Part shown: positions 26,701-35,029 of the stretch, piece after piece
Layout of the letters: every line of letters starts with the position of its first letter
Position numbering within the stretch: position 1 is the stretch's first letter
Assembly (NCBI GenBank): GCA_963794735.1
Contig: CAWCFE010000002.1
Location: 2,374,141-2,438,140, forward strand
Direction: 5' to 3'
Length of the DNA stretch: 64,000 nucleotides
Source of the DNA: Vulcanimicrobiota bacterium
GTDB taxonomy: Bacteria > Vulcanimicrobiota > Vulcanimicrobiia > Vulcanimicrobiales > Vulcanimicrobiaceae
Made by a program: the position numbers and the translations under genes
The notes under the pieces: model-generated
What the model saw: the letters and a program-made list of their open reading frames with translations, nothing else
Told to the model about the DNA's origin: nothing
Databases searched by the model: none

Positions 26701-27167
26701 GAAAGGTCCTATGCCGTGGCGCAATAATCGAAGAAACTTTAGAGAGTCTCCGTTCCGCGGGAAACCATGGCACCGAAGGCGTTGTCATGTGGCTGTCCAA
26801 CGGAATCCAAAGTCCGATATCCATCGCCGAGATCTTTGTCCCTCAGTACAGTGCCGGGGAACTATATTTCGAAATACCACCAGATGGAATGCGGGGGCTT
26901 ATGCGGTATTTGAGGGCGAAGCGGCTTGCCTTAGCCGTTCAAGTCCACTCGCATCCTCGTCGTGCCTTCCACTCCTGGTTCGATGATCGTGATGCTGTAC
27001 CCAGGCACGTTGGCGCCCTATCAATAGTGGTACCGCGATTTGCCAATCACGTGAGCATAAACAACTTTAAACGCGTATGCGCTTTCTATCGCCTGAGCGG
27101 CGATAACCATTGGCTGCGAATTCTCCGAAACGATTTGTCGGACTACTTCGAGATTGAAACGCCATGA
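26697..27167 (+). CDS. JAB/MPN (JAMM) metallopeptidase, BilC-like
   Basis: TEGVV (Glu) and HSHPRRAFHSWFD (HxHx7Sx2D). ATGA overlaps on both sides. Confidence 0.85.
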   Translation: MRKVLCRGAIIEETLESLRSAGNHGTEGVVMWLSNGIQSPISIAEIFVPQYSAGELYFEIPPDGMRGLMRYLRAKRLALAVQVHSHPRRAFHSWFDDRDAVPRHVGALSIVVPRFANHVSINNFKRVCAFYRLSGDNHWLRILRNDLSDYFEIETP

Positions 27168-28507
27168 ATCCGCAGCGAGAGAATCATCTAACCGTCGCAA
27201 AACTCCTCGGTATTGCCGAAGACGAGGCGACCGAGCGACTTTCCCGCCGAGTCGTCATCACTGGTACGGAAGATTCAAGAACGTTATGCACCGAATTGCG
27301 CGATCAACTCGAACGCACGCTGACTATAGTTGAGGGGATTGATGCAGACGTGGAGGTGGTTCTTGGTGACGAACCGAGAACAAACGCGCGTACGATCTTG
27401 TACGTCAGGATCTCGTATGACGGCGTGACCGTTGCTAGTCAAGGACCGGCTACTATGGAGCAAGGCGTTCATCCGCTTCTAGTAGCGATTGGCGCCTGCT
27501 ACGTCGCGTCGAGTGTCACAGAAGCCGCGGTAGGCATTGGCAAGGGTGCGGGCCTGCCACTCAATATCCAGTTCGCGGATCTTGGAGTCAGCAACGAACT
27601 GCTCGCAGTGCCGGTATTTCTTCGCGACGCCGCGCTTGCGGGAGCCGGAGCGGTTGGCAATGCCTTTCTACGAGCCCTCCGTCACCTCAAACCCTCCGGG
27701 TCCCTAACCGTCGCCGATCCTAAGCGCGTAGCGCCCGGAAATCCAAATCGCTGCCTCTACTTCGACAATGCTAGCGTGGGCAAATGGAAGGCCGAGGAAC
27801 TCTGCGAGCGGGCGAAGGCTGATTTGTTCGAGCTTAAGCTGGAGCCATTCGTCGGTACGCTTACAGACTTGGCGAGAAGACTGGGTCGAGTTCGCCGAGT
27901 CATAGTAGGGACGGACAGCCGCCGCGTAAGGCGCACTATTCAAAGCGAAATTCCGTTGGAGGTTTTGGACGCCTCTACGACCGGAGTCGACGAGGTCATT
28001 GTCCATTCGCACAGGCAACCCACCGGGGCGGCTTGCCTCTCCTGCATCTACCGGCACGTCGACGAAGAGAACGCTCTTGAAAAGGATATTGCCGAAGGTT
28101 TAGGCATCGACGTATCCGATATTGAAAAGGGACTTATTGATGAAGAAGTCGCCAACAAAATTATTGCAAGCCACCCCGGCCTAGAAAAGAACGAAATCAT
28201 AGGCGTGGCATTCGACAGTCTATTTCGCCGTGTTTGTGCCGCTGCGGCTCTTAAACTTCCAACTGGCGATCAGGTGTTCGCGCCGTTCGCCTTTGTTTCG
28301 AGCCTCGCGGGAGCGCTGTTGGCAATAGAGCTGCTAAGATTCGACTCCGAAGTGCCGCCGAACACGAATTACTTCGTTGCTAACCCATGGCGGCCGCCAA
28401 ACCCGATGATGCGGCGGAGACGACCCAAGGTGCCCGACTGCGTGTTCTGTTCACGACCTGAGATTATCGAGGCCATGAACTGCGTATGGGCGGACGTACT
28501 ACAATAA
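27164..28507 (+). CDS. E1-like ThiF-family adenylyltransferase, BilD-like
   Basis: LAGAGAVGNAF Rossmann loop, GNPNRCLYF, GTDSRRVRR, and CLSC / CVFC pairs. Confidence 0.8.
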   Translation: MNPQRENHLTVAKLLGIAEDEATERLSRRVVITGTEDSRTLCTELRDQLERTLTIVEGIDADVEVVLGDEPRTNARTILYVRISYDGVTVASQGPATMEQGVHPLLVAIGACYVASSVTEAAVGIGKGAGLPLNIQFADLGVSNELLAVPVFLRDAALAGAGAVGNAFLRALRHLKPSGSLTVADPKRVAPGNPNRCLYFDNASVGKWKAEELCERAKADLFELKLEPFVGTLTDLARRLGRVRRVIVGTDSRRVRRTIQSEIPLEVLDASTTGVDEVIVHSHRQPTGAACLSCIYRHVDEENALEKDIAEGLGIDVSDIEKGLIDEEVANKIIASHPGLEKNEIIGVAFDSLFRRVCAAAALKLPTGDQVFAPFAFVSSLAGALLAIELLRFDSEVPPNTNYFVANPWRPPNPMMRRRRPKVPDCVFCSRPEIIEAMNCVWADVLQ

Positions 28508-28511
28508 AACG

Positions 28512-28874
28512 ATGCTAAAGCTCATCGCCGATCTCTGGAAGGCGCTGCTCGATTTTGCCCTAGGTCTATTAGGCGCTGGAGCAAAAAGCCCGACGATCGG
28601 CGCCCGGCGCACCGTCACGATCGCGAAGTTTGATCGAATCACACCGGATCCACCGCCGATGCACTGGTCGCCGTGTCACCCGTCGACGATTCAACGGTTC
28701 AAAGCGTCCATGACCTGCCCACGCGGACACAGTCTGACACTGAAAAGCCATTCCATCCTCGTCGACGGCCGTGTTCAGCCGAGCGTGATCTGTCCTCATC
28801 GCGGCTGCGATTTTCACGAGTTCATTCGGCTCGAAGGATGGGATTATTCTGTACCGCTCCAGGGTCGTTACTGA
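28512..28874 (+). CDS. 120-aa protein with an N-terminal hydrophobic helix and a Cys/His cluster
   Basis: Starts 4 nt after the E1 stop. MLKLIADLWKALLDFALGLLGAG; CPRGH..CPHRGC. Confidence 0.5.
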   Translation: MLKLIADLWKALLDFALGLLGAGAKSPTIGARRTVTIAKFDRITPDPPPMHWSPCHPSTIQRFKASMTCPRGHSLTLKSHSILVDGRVQPSVICPHRGCDFHEFIRLEGWDYSVPLQGRY

Positions 28875-29065
28875 GTTGCGTTCCAGCGCCGCACGTTTTC
28901 TTTCGGATATCAATTGTGGCGGGCCATTTGCCTGCCACCGTTAAGCAGGTCGCTCGCGGCCGGCCAAGCGCACCAGCGGAAGGTGGCGCTCCTCGATGGT
29001 TAAGACCGAACACTGCTTAGTCGCGCGCCTAAATGAGCGGTTTGGCGAACCCCCAGAGGGTGAAC

Positions 29066-29097
29066 TTGGCGTCATTGGTCGTCAATTTGGTCGTCAA
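29066..29097. repeat. three tandem TTGG(T)CGTCA(A) units
   Basis: TTGGCGTCA, TTGGTCGTCAA, TTGGTCGTCAA with a 12-nt period, 70-100 nt from the tRNA 3-prime end. Confidence 0.6.
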
Positions 29098-29129
29098 ACC
29101 GCCGGATTGCGGTGCTGGCGCCGGGCATG

Positions 29130-29163
29130 AAAAACGCCGCTAAGCCTTATGGCAGCGGCGTTT
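29130..29163 (-). terminator. rho-independent terminator of the tRNA-Ala gene
   Basis: 10-bp stem AAACGCCGCT/AGCGGCGTTT with a 12-nt loop, followed by a T5 run on the minus strand. Confidence 0.7.
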
Positions 29164-29168
29164 CCAAT

Positions 29169-29244
29169 TGGTGGAGATGAGGAGACTCGAACTCCTGACC
29201 CCTTACATGCGAAGCAAGTGCTCTACCAGCTGAGCTACATCCCC
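29169..29244 (-). tRNA. tRNA-Ala (anticodon CGC), CCA encoded
   Basis: The reverse complement is GGGGATGTAGCTCAGCTGGTAGAGCACTTGCTTCGCATGTAAGGGGTCAGGAGTTCGAGTCTCCTCATCTCCACCA. It folds as a cloverleaf with a G3:U70 pair and anticodon loop TTCGCAT. Confidence 0.95.
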
Positions 29245-29390
29245 ATGGGTCACCCTTGCAAAGGGCAGTCCGAAGGATTATACGTGCCGGGTTCGGTCCC
29301 TCTCAACCGCATCGGTCGGGCCTGGGCCGCCAGCCGAGCGACCTGGAGACATCGGACGCTTCTCGGACAGCTCTTGCCTACGCTCGGCGC

Positions 29391-31250
29391 ATGCATCATG
29401 CGCTTCGGGCTAGGCTCCTCACCACCGCTCTGGCGGCGATCCTCACCAGCTGCTCCGTCGCCGCCCCAGGCGGACTGCTGCCGGCCCCCACTGCCACAAC
29501 GAACACCGAGCGGGCAGCCACGGTACGCTTCGCCATCGCGATCCCACGCCGCCGAGCTCACCGCCGCCGCCCGGGCTTCGTCTCCCCCAGCACGCAGAGC
29601 ATGTCGATCGCGATCGCCCCAGCCGCCGGCGGGCCGCCCGTGGTCACCGGAAAGCTGAACCTCGCCCCCACGAGCAACGGCTGCGCGACCTCCTCAGGCT
29701 CGACCGTCTGCCGCTTCACCCTCGCCCTAGCCCCCGGCGCCTACCTCGCCGCCGTCGCCACCTACGATGCCCTGAACGAAGGCGGCAGCGTCCTCTCGCT
29801 CGGCGAGTCGCTCCCCGTGCACGTCGTCGCCGGCGCAGCCAACGCCGTCGGCCTCACGCTCGGCGGCGTCCCCCACACCCTCACGATCTCGCCCGGCGCC
29901 GCCACCGTCACCGCCGCCCAAGCCGGCGGCTTCGACTTCTCCGGCAGCGGAGCGCTCCTGGTCACCGCCACCGACGCCGACGGCAACGCCATCGTCGGTC
30001 CCGGCACGCCCTACACCGCCGCCGTCGTCGCCGGCAGCGGCTGGACCGTGCAATCCAAGCCCGGCGCCAAATCCCCGAACCGCTTCAACGTCACCCCCGG
30101 CCCGAACAAATCCACAGCGACAATCCGCCTCTCCGTCGCCTACGATGCCGCAACGTGCGCCGCACCCGGCGTCGTTTGTTCCACGACCGTCTCCGTGACC
30201 AGCAAGTCGATTCAGTACCTCTTCGTCGCCGATTGCGAGCGCGGCTGCAATCAGTCGGCGCTCTCCGACGCCATCGACGTTTACGCCCCGCCCTACACCG
30301 GCGCGCCGATCGCAACGATTACCACCGGCATCCTCAACCCGGTCGCGCTGGCCGTCGACGGCACCGGCAAGCTCGACGTCGCCAGCTGCGGCACGTGCAC
30401 GCACAAAGGCATCGACAGCATCACCGAGTACGCACCGCCGTTCACCAACGCCAGCGCCCCCGCCGCAACGCTCGTCGACGGCATCCTCCACCCCGTGTCG
30501 ATCGCGCTGAACTCCGCCAACGATCTCTTCGCCTTCAACTGCGCGGCCACGTGCGGCCTCTCCGGAACCGATACGATCGAACGTTTCGCATCGCCGTTCG
30601 CGAACTCGAGCGAGCCCGCAACCACGATCTTCCCGGGCATTCACGTCAGCACGATCGCCGTCGATTCCAACGACACGCTGCTTGCCCTCGCCTGCCCGTA
30701 CTTGGGCTGCTACGCCGTCGGAACCAATCCGGCATCGGTCCTCGCCTACGCGCCGCCGTACGACGGAACGCCCGTCGCCGTCAGCAAAGGGATCGGGAAT
30801 CCGCTCGCGCTCGCGGTCGACGCCAACGGGCACATGTTCGTTGCGAGTCAAGACGTGTGCGCACTGCCGCCGTGCACCACGTATTCCATCGCGGCCTATG
30901 CCGCGCCGTACTCGGCAAGCTCCACGCCCTTTGCGACGATCAGCAACGGCCTGCACTATCCCGAGTCGATGGCCTTCGACGCGTCGGGCAATCTCTACGC
31001 CGTCAACGGCAACGGAACGACCGGCGACGTCACCGAGTACGGCGCGCCGAACTTCAGCGACGCTTCGCCCACGACGCTGTTCGCATCGACGCCGGCATTG
31101 TTCCAGTCGGGGCAGCTGGCGGTCGACGGCTCCAGCGATATCATCGTAGCGACCGGTAAAGCCGTGTACGCAAGCGCGCCGCCGTACGCTGGGCTCACGC
31201 AGATCGCCAGCGGCCTAGGGTTCACTTCGGCGATTGCACTGAGCCCCTAA
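29391..31250 (+). CDS. secreted lipoprotein with NHL-like beta-propeller repeats
   Basis: Lipobox ILTSC. Seven repeats of the type YAPPYTGAPIATITTGILNPVALAVDGTGKL. Confidence 0.65.
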   Translation: MHHALRARLLTTALAAILTSCSVAAPGGLLPAPTATTNTERAATVRFAIAIPRRRAHRRRPGFVSPSTQSMSIAIAPAAGGPPVVTGKLNLAPTSNGCATSSGSTVCRFTLALAPGAYLAAVATYDALNEGGSVLSLGESLPVHVVAGAANAVGLTLGGVPHTLTISPGAATVTAAQAGGFDFSGSGALLVTATDADGNAIVGPGTPYTAAVVAGSGWTVQSKPGAKSPNRFNVTPGPNKSTATIRLSVAYDAATCAAPGVVCSTTVSVTSKSIQYLFVADCERGCNQSALSDAIDVYAPPYTGAPIATITTGILNPVALAVDGTGKLDVASCGTCTHKGIDSITEYAPPFTNASAPAATLVDGILHPVSIALNSANDLFAFNCAATCGLSGTDTIERFASPFANSSEPATTIFPGIHVSTIAVDSNDTLLALACPYLGCYAVGTNPASVLAYAPPYDGTPVAVSKGIGNPLALAVDANGHMFVASQDVCALPPCTTYSIAAYAAPYSASSTPFATISNGLHYPESMAFDASGNLYAVNGNGTTGDVTEYGAPNFSDASPTTLFASTPALFQSGQLAVDGSSDIIVATGKAVYASAPPYAGLTQIASGLGFTSAIALSP

Positions 31251-31313
31251 CTCAAGCCCGCGCCGGCGCCCGCGAAGGAATATCCAAGCCCGGGTAGGCA
31301 CCTTCACGGTACG

Positions 31314-31973
31314 ATGAAGTCGTTGCTCGCGGCCCTCCTTTTGGCGGTCCTGGCCCTCGCCATACCGCTGCCCGGAAACGCTCAAGGGAAGAGGGTCGCC
31401 GGCGTGCCGGCGCGCTGCAACGCGCAGATGCTCAACGAGCTGCAGGAGCAGGTGCGCAACGACGACCGGCACGGGCCGGGCGGCTCCGCGGCCGACGCGC
31501 AGAAGCGCTACGCCGAGCTCGCGCAGATCCTCAATAGCCTGAGCGAAGAGCGCGGCATTCTCGAGAACGTCTGCCAAACCGACGCCGAGAAGGCGCCGCT
31601 GTTTGGCCAGTTGGGCGCCACGGCGGGCTGGACGCTCGCGTTGGCCAGCGACCTGGTGCCGCGCCTGCTCACCTGCCCGGCAGCCATCCACGGCCTGCAG
31701 AGCACGATGCTGGGCCAAGCCTGGCTCAATCTCGCGACGGTGGTGAATCACGATACCGGCGGCACGGTGCCGCCGTCGATCGCCGAGGTGCAGCCCAAGA
31801 TCGAATCGCGGGCCAAAACGGTCGACCTCACGCTGCCCAGCCTCAAAGACACCTCGGCCTACTGGCTGAGCCAGCTCACGCGGCAGGGCCAGCTCGAAGC
31901 CGGCACCTGCCCGAGCCCCTCGCCCAGCCCGGGCGCTAGCGCGAGCCCCGCACCGGCCCTCTCGCCGCCCTAG
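31314..31973 (+). CDS. secreted hypothetical protein
   Basis: Signal peptide MKSLLAALLLAVLALAIPLPGNAQG and a Pro/Ser-rich C-terminus. Confidence 0.55.
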   Translation: MKSLLAALLLAVLALAIPLPGNAQGKRVAGVPARCNAQMLNELQEQVRNDDRHGPGGSAADAQKRYAELAQILNSLSEERGILENVCQTDAEKAPLFGQLGATAGWTLALASDLVPRLLTCPAAIHGLQSTMLGQAWLNLATVVNHDTGGTVPPSIAEVQPKIESRAKTVDLTLPSLKDTSAYWLSQLTRQGQLEAGTCPSPSPSPGASASPAPALSPP

Positions 31974-31979
31974 CAGGTT

Positions 31980-31998
31980 TTTGCAAACGATTCGCAAA
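31980..31998. promoter_or_regulatory. Fur/Zur-box-like palindrome TTTGCAAAC-G-ATTCGCAAA
   Basis: 7/9 matching half-sites, 13 nt upstream of the fur-family start. Confidence 0.4.
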
Positions 31999-32011
31999 TA
32001 GACGGGCCGAT

Positions 32012-32404
32012 ATGGCCGTCAGGGCAGAGTACGTCACACGGGCGCGGGAGCAGATTCTGGGCGTCTTGCGACGCGAGAAGCGCTTTCTCTCCGCAGCCGA
32101 GATCCATCACGAGCTCGACGCCGAGCGCGCCAAAGTCTCCCTCTCCACCGTGTATCGCACGCTCGATCGCCTCCAGGCCAAAGGCGACGTTACGGCGCGC
32201 CAAGACGCGCAGGGCGAATCGGCGTTCATGCTGTGCGAGCCGGATCATCACCACCATCACGCCATCTGCACGGTCTGCGGGCACGTCGACGATGTCGATT
32301 GCGACGCGATCGATCGCTTCGCCGAATCGCTGCGCACGCACAACGGCTTCGCGCTGAGCGGACACAAGATGGAGTTCTTCGGAAAGTGCAAAGCCTGCCA
32401 ATGA
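32012..32404 (+). CDS. zur: Fur-family metalloregulator (probably Zur)
   Basis: LSTVYRTLDRL, HHHHH, CTVCGH..C..C, KCKAC. Heads the znu operon. Confidence 0.8.
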   Translation: MAVRAEYVTRAREQILGVLRREKRFLSAAEIHHELDAERAKVSLSTVYRTLDRLQAKGDVTARQDAQGESAFMLCEPDHHHHHAICTVCGHVDDVDCDAIDRFAESLRTHNGFALSGHKMEFFGKCKACQ

Positions 32405-33294
32405 GGCACCGCCTTCTCGCCACGCTCTCACTCGTGGCCCTCGTCGCTACCGCCGCATGCTCGCATGCGACGGGCGCCGCCGGGCAACCCACCGCAGGCG
32501 CGGCCAAGGTCGAGGTCGTTACCACGATCTCGACGCTCAACTCGTTCGTGCAAGGCGTCGGCGGCGATCTGGTGCACGTGCAGAACATCGTGCCGATCGG
32601 CGCGTCGCCGGAAACGTTCCAGCCGGCGCCGCAAGACGTCGCGACGCTCTCGGGCGCGCAACTGCTCGTCGAGAACGGTGCGGGGCTGGAAGATTGGCTC
32701 GATCGCATGCTCTCGCAGAGCAATAATGCGTCGCTGCGACGCGTCGTCTGCACCGACGGCCTGCCGGTGCAGAATCTCAACCCCCATCTCTGGATGGATC
32801 CGCAGCTCGCCAAGCAGTACGTGCTCAAGATTCGCGACGGCCTGATCGCCGTCGATCCGCACGATGCCGCCGCCTTCAAAGCCAACGCCGCCGCTTACAA
32901 TGCCAAACTCGACAAGCTCACGCGCGATATCCAGGCGCAGATCGATACGATTCCCCCGGCGCAGCGCTTCATGGTCGTCTTCCACAACGCGTGGTTCTAC
33001 TACAACGAGCGCTTCGGCATCACGACGCTCGGTTTCGTCGAGCGCAATCCCGGCCAGGAGCCGAATCCGCAGCAGATCGCACAGCTGATCGATGTCGCCA
33101 GGCAGCATCACGTGCACGGCGTCTTCAGCGAGCCCGAGTACAGCCCGAAGATCCTGCACACGATCGCGCAGGGCGCCGGCATCGGCGTCGTCGAGAATCT
33201 CTACGACGATTCGGTCGGCACCAATCCGCAGGTCGCCGATTACATCGGCATGCTCACCTACGATACCGCCGCGATCGTCAAAGCGCTGAAATGA
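32401..33294 (+). CDS. znuA: metal (Zn/Mn) ABC transporter substrate-binding lipoprotein
   Basis: Signal/lipobox VATAAC. TroA-family motifs HLWMDP and FHNAWFYY. ATGA overlaps on both sides. Confidence 0.8.
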   Translation: MRHRLLATLSLVALVATAACSHATGAAGQPTAGAAKVEVVTTISTLNSFVQGVGGDLVHVQNIVPIGASPETFQPAPQDVATLSGAQLLVENGAGLEDWLDRMLSQSNNASLRRVVCTDGLPVQNLNPHLWMDPQLAKQYVLKIRDGLIAVDPHDAAAFKANAAAYNAKLDKLTRDIQAQIDTIPPAQRFMVVFHNAWFYYNERFGITTLGFVERNPGQEPNPQQIAQLIDVARQHHVHGVFSEPEYSPKILHTIAQGAGIGVVENLYDDSVGTNPQVADYIGMLTYDTAAIVKALK

Positions 33295-34079
33295 GCCAAC
33301 CCGCGGTCGTCACCCGCGATCTCGTCGTTCGCTACGACGATTTCACGGCGCTGGAGGGTGCGACGATCGACGTCGAGTTCGGCGAGGCGCTCGGCGTCGT
33401 CGGGCCCAACGGTTCGGGCAAATCGACGCTGCTGAAAACCATCTGCGGCTTGCTGACCCCAGCGAGCGGCGAGCTGCGCGTGCTCGGCGGCGATCCGCGC
33501 AAGTTGCCGCCGGGATCGATCGCGTACGTGCCGCAGATCGAGGCCGTCGATTGGTCGTTTCCGGCGACGGTGAAAGACGTCGTTTCGATGGGGCGCTTCT
33601 CGCGGTTGCCGTTTTGGCGGCCCTTCGGCGCGCACGATCGCGAGATGGTGATGCGCGCGCTCGACGCGGTGAATATGGCGCCGCTCGCGGGGCGGCATAT
33701 CGCCAATCTCTCGGGCGGCCAGCAGCAGCGCGTCTTCGTCGCGCGCGCGATCGCGCAGGAGCCCAAGCTGCTGTTGCTCGACGAACCGACCACCGGCGTC
33801 GACGCGGCGACGGAAGAAGCGCTGCGCAAGGTCGTGCGCAAGCTCGTCGCCGGCGGCATGCCGGTGATCATGACCACGCACGATCTCGATCGCGTCGACG
33901 TGTGGTTCGACCGGCTGCTGGTGCTCGACCGGCGCGTGCTCGCGCTCGGTACACCGCAGCAAGTCGTCGAGTCAGGCGCGTACGCGGCGATTCGCGAGCA
34001 CACGCACACGCACGGACACTTGCGCAGCGACCATCCGCCTCACGCCGAGCACGCCGCGCATCCGGAGATCCGCCCGTGA
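33291..34079 (+). CDS. znuC: metal ABC transporter ATP-binding protein
   Basis: Walker A GPNGSGKST, signature LSGGQQQR, Walker B LLLLDEP. Confidence 0.85.
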   Translation: MSQPAVVTRDLVVRYDDFTALEGATIDVEFGEALGVVGPNGSGKSTLLKTICGLLTPASGELRVLGGDPRKLPPGSIAYVPQIEAVDWSFPATVKDVVSMGRFSRLPFWRPFGAHDREMVMRALDAVNMAPLAGRHIANLSGGQQQRVFVARAIAQEPKLLLLDEPTTGVDAATEEALRKVVRKLVAGGMPVIMTTHDLDRVDVWFDRLLVLDRRVLALGTPQQVVESGAYAAIREHTHTHGHLRSDHPPHAEHAAHPEIRP

Positions 34080-34942
34080 GCTTCGAGAGCCTGGTCGAGC
34101 CGTTCCACTACGCTTTCATGCAGCGCGCCTTCGTGGCGGCGCTGGCGGTCGGGCTGCTCTGCTCGACGATGGGCACCTACGTGGTGCTGCGCAAGCTCTC
34201 GTTCATCGGCGACGGCATCGCGCACGCCTCGTTCGCCGGCATCGTGATCGCCTATCTCAAGGGCGCGAACTATTACGTCGGCGCCGCGGCGGTCGCGGTG
34301 GTGACGGCGGTCGGCATCGGCTACGTCCATCGCCGCGGCAGGATCTCGCTCGACACGACGATCGGCGTGCTCTTCACCGGCATGTTCGCGCTCGGCGTCT
34401 TTCTCATGAGCCAGCAGCGCAACTACGCGGTCGATCTCCAGAGCTTCCTCTTCGGCGACATCCTTGCCGTGCAGCCGCAAGATTTGTATCTCATCGTCGC
34501 GCTCAGCGTCGCCGTGGCGGCTACGCTCGTCGTCCTCTTTCGCGGGATGCTCTATACCTCGTTCGATCCCGTCGTCGCGCAGGCGAGCGGCATCAACGCG
34601 CCGCTTTATGAGTACGCGCTGCTCGTGATGCTCGCGCTCACGATCGTCATCGCACTGCAGGCGGTCGGCATCGTGCTCGTTGCTGCCCTGCTCGTCACGC
34701 CGGCGGCGGCCGCGTATCAGCTCACTTCGAGGTTCAATCCGATGATGGTGCTTGCTGCGGCCTTCGGGGCGATCAGCACGGTCGGCGGCCTCTATCTCTC
34801 GTACTACCTGCGGGCCTCGAGCGGTGCGACCATCGTGCTGCTGGCGACGGTGCTGTTTTTTGCCGCGATCGCGCTCAAAACCGTCCTTCGCTCGAAGAAC
34901 CGCATCGCGAGCCTCGCGTCCCGGCCCGGTCCGCATGAATGA
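34076..34942 (+). CDS. znuB: metal ABC transporter permease
   Basis: Polytopic membrane protein with the ABC-3 family pattern. GTGA overlap with znuC. Confidence 0.8.
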   Translation: MSFESLVEPFHYAFMQRAFVAALAVGLLCSTMGTYVVLRKLSFIGDGIAHASFAGIVIAYLKGANYYVGAAAVAVVTAVGIGYVHRRGRISLDTTIGVLFTGMFALGVFLMSQQRNYAVDLQSFLFGDILAVQPQDLYLIVALSVAVAATLVVLFRGMLYTSFDPVVAQASGINAPLYEYALLVMLALTIVIALQAVGIVLVAALLVTPAAAAYQLTSRFNPMMVLAAAFGAISTVGGLYLSYYLRASSGATIVLLATVLFFAAIALKTVLRSKNRIASLASRPGPHE

Positions 34943-35029
34943 GCGTAAGGTCTGCCGCCGACCGAAGAGCGGCGCTGCGGACGCCAGCTTCGCGCTTTAG
35001 ATTCGGAGCCTTGCGGGGAGAAGCTGGGC

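Noticed and set aside
25631-28874. The E1/E2/JAB genes might be the Cap2/Cap3 accessory module of a type II CBASS system.
   Set aside because: E1 and E2 are separate proteins, a dedicated Ubl gene precedes them, and no CD-NTase cyclase or CBASS effector gene is nearby.
29066-29097. Short tandem repeats near the tRNA as a possible CRISPR array. The whole window was also scanned for arrays.
   Set aside because: There are only three contiguous 9-12-nt units without spacers. No repeat-spacer architecture was seen anywhere in the window.
29727-30956. Long ORFs antisense or out of frame to recognised genes in the G+C-rich region. Examples are 29727-30956(-), 30155-31159(+), 31215-31997(-), 32428-33159(-), 33258-34009(-), 34040-34936(-), 34997-35926(-), 37626-38780(+), 39228-40574(-), 40442-41599(-), 44101-45747(+), 45077-46105(-), 46615-47376(-), 50365-51084(+), 51307-53430(+), 53175-54341(+), 54454-55515(-), 55645-56700(-), 55920-57044(+) and 58072-59022(-).
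   Set aside because: Their translations are dominated by Arg/Ala/Gly/Pro and lack recognisable motifs, as expected for stop-poor frames in high-G+C DNA. The opposite or alternative frame carries clear family signatures.
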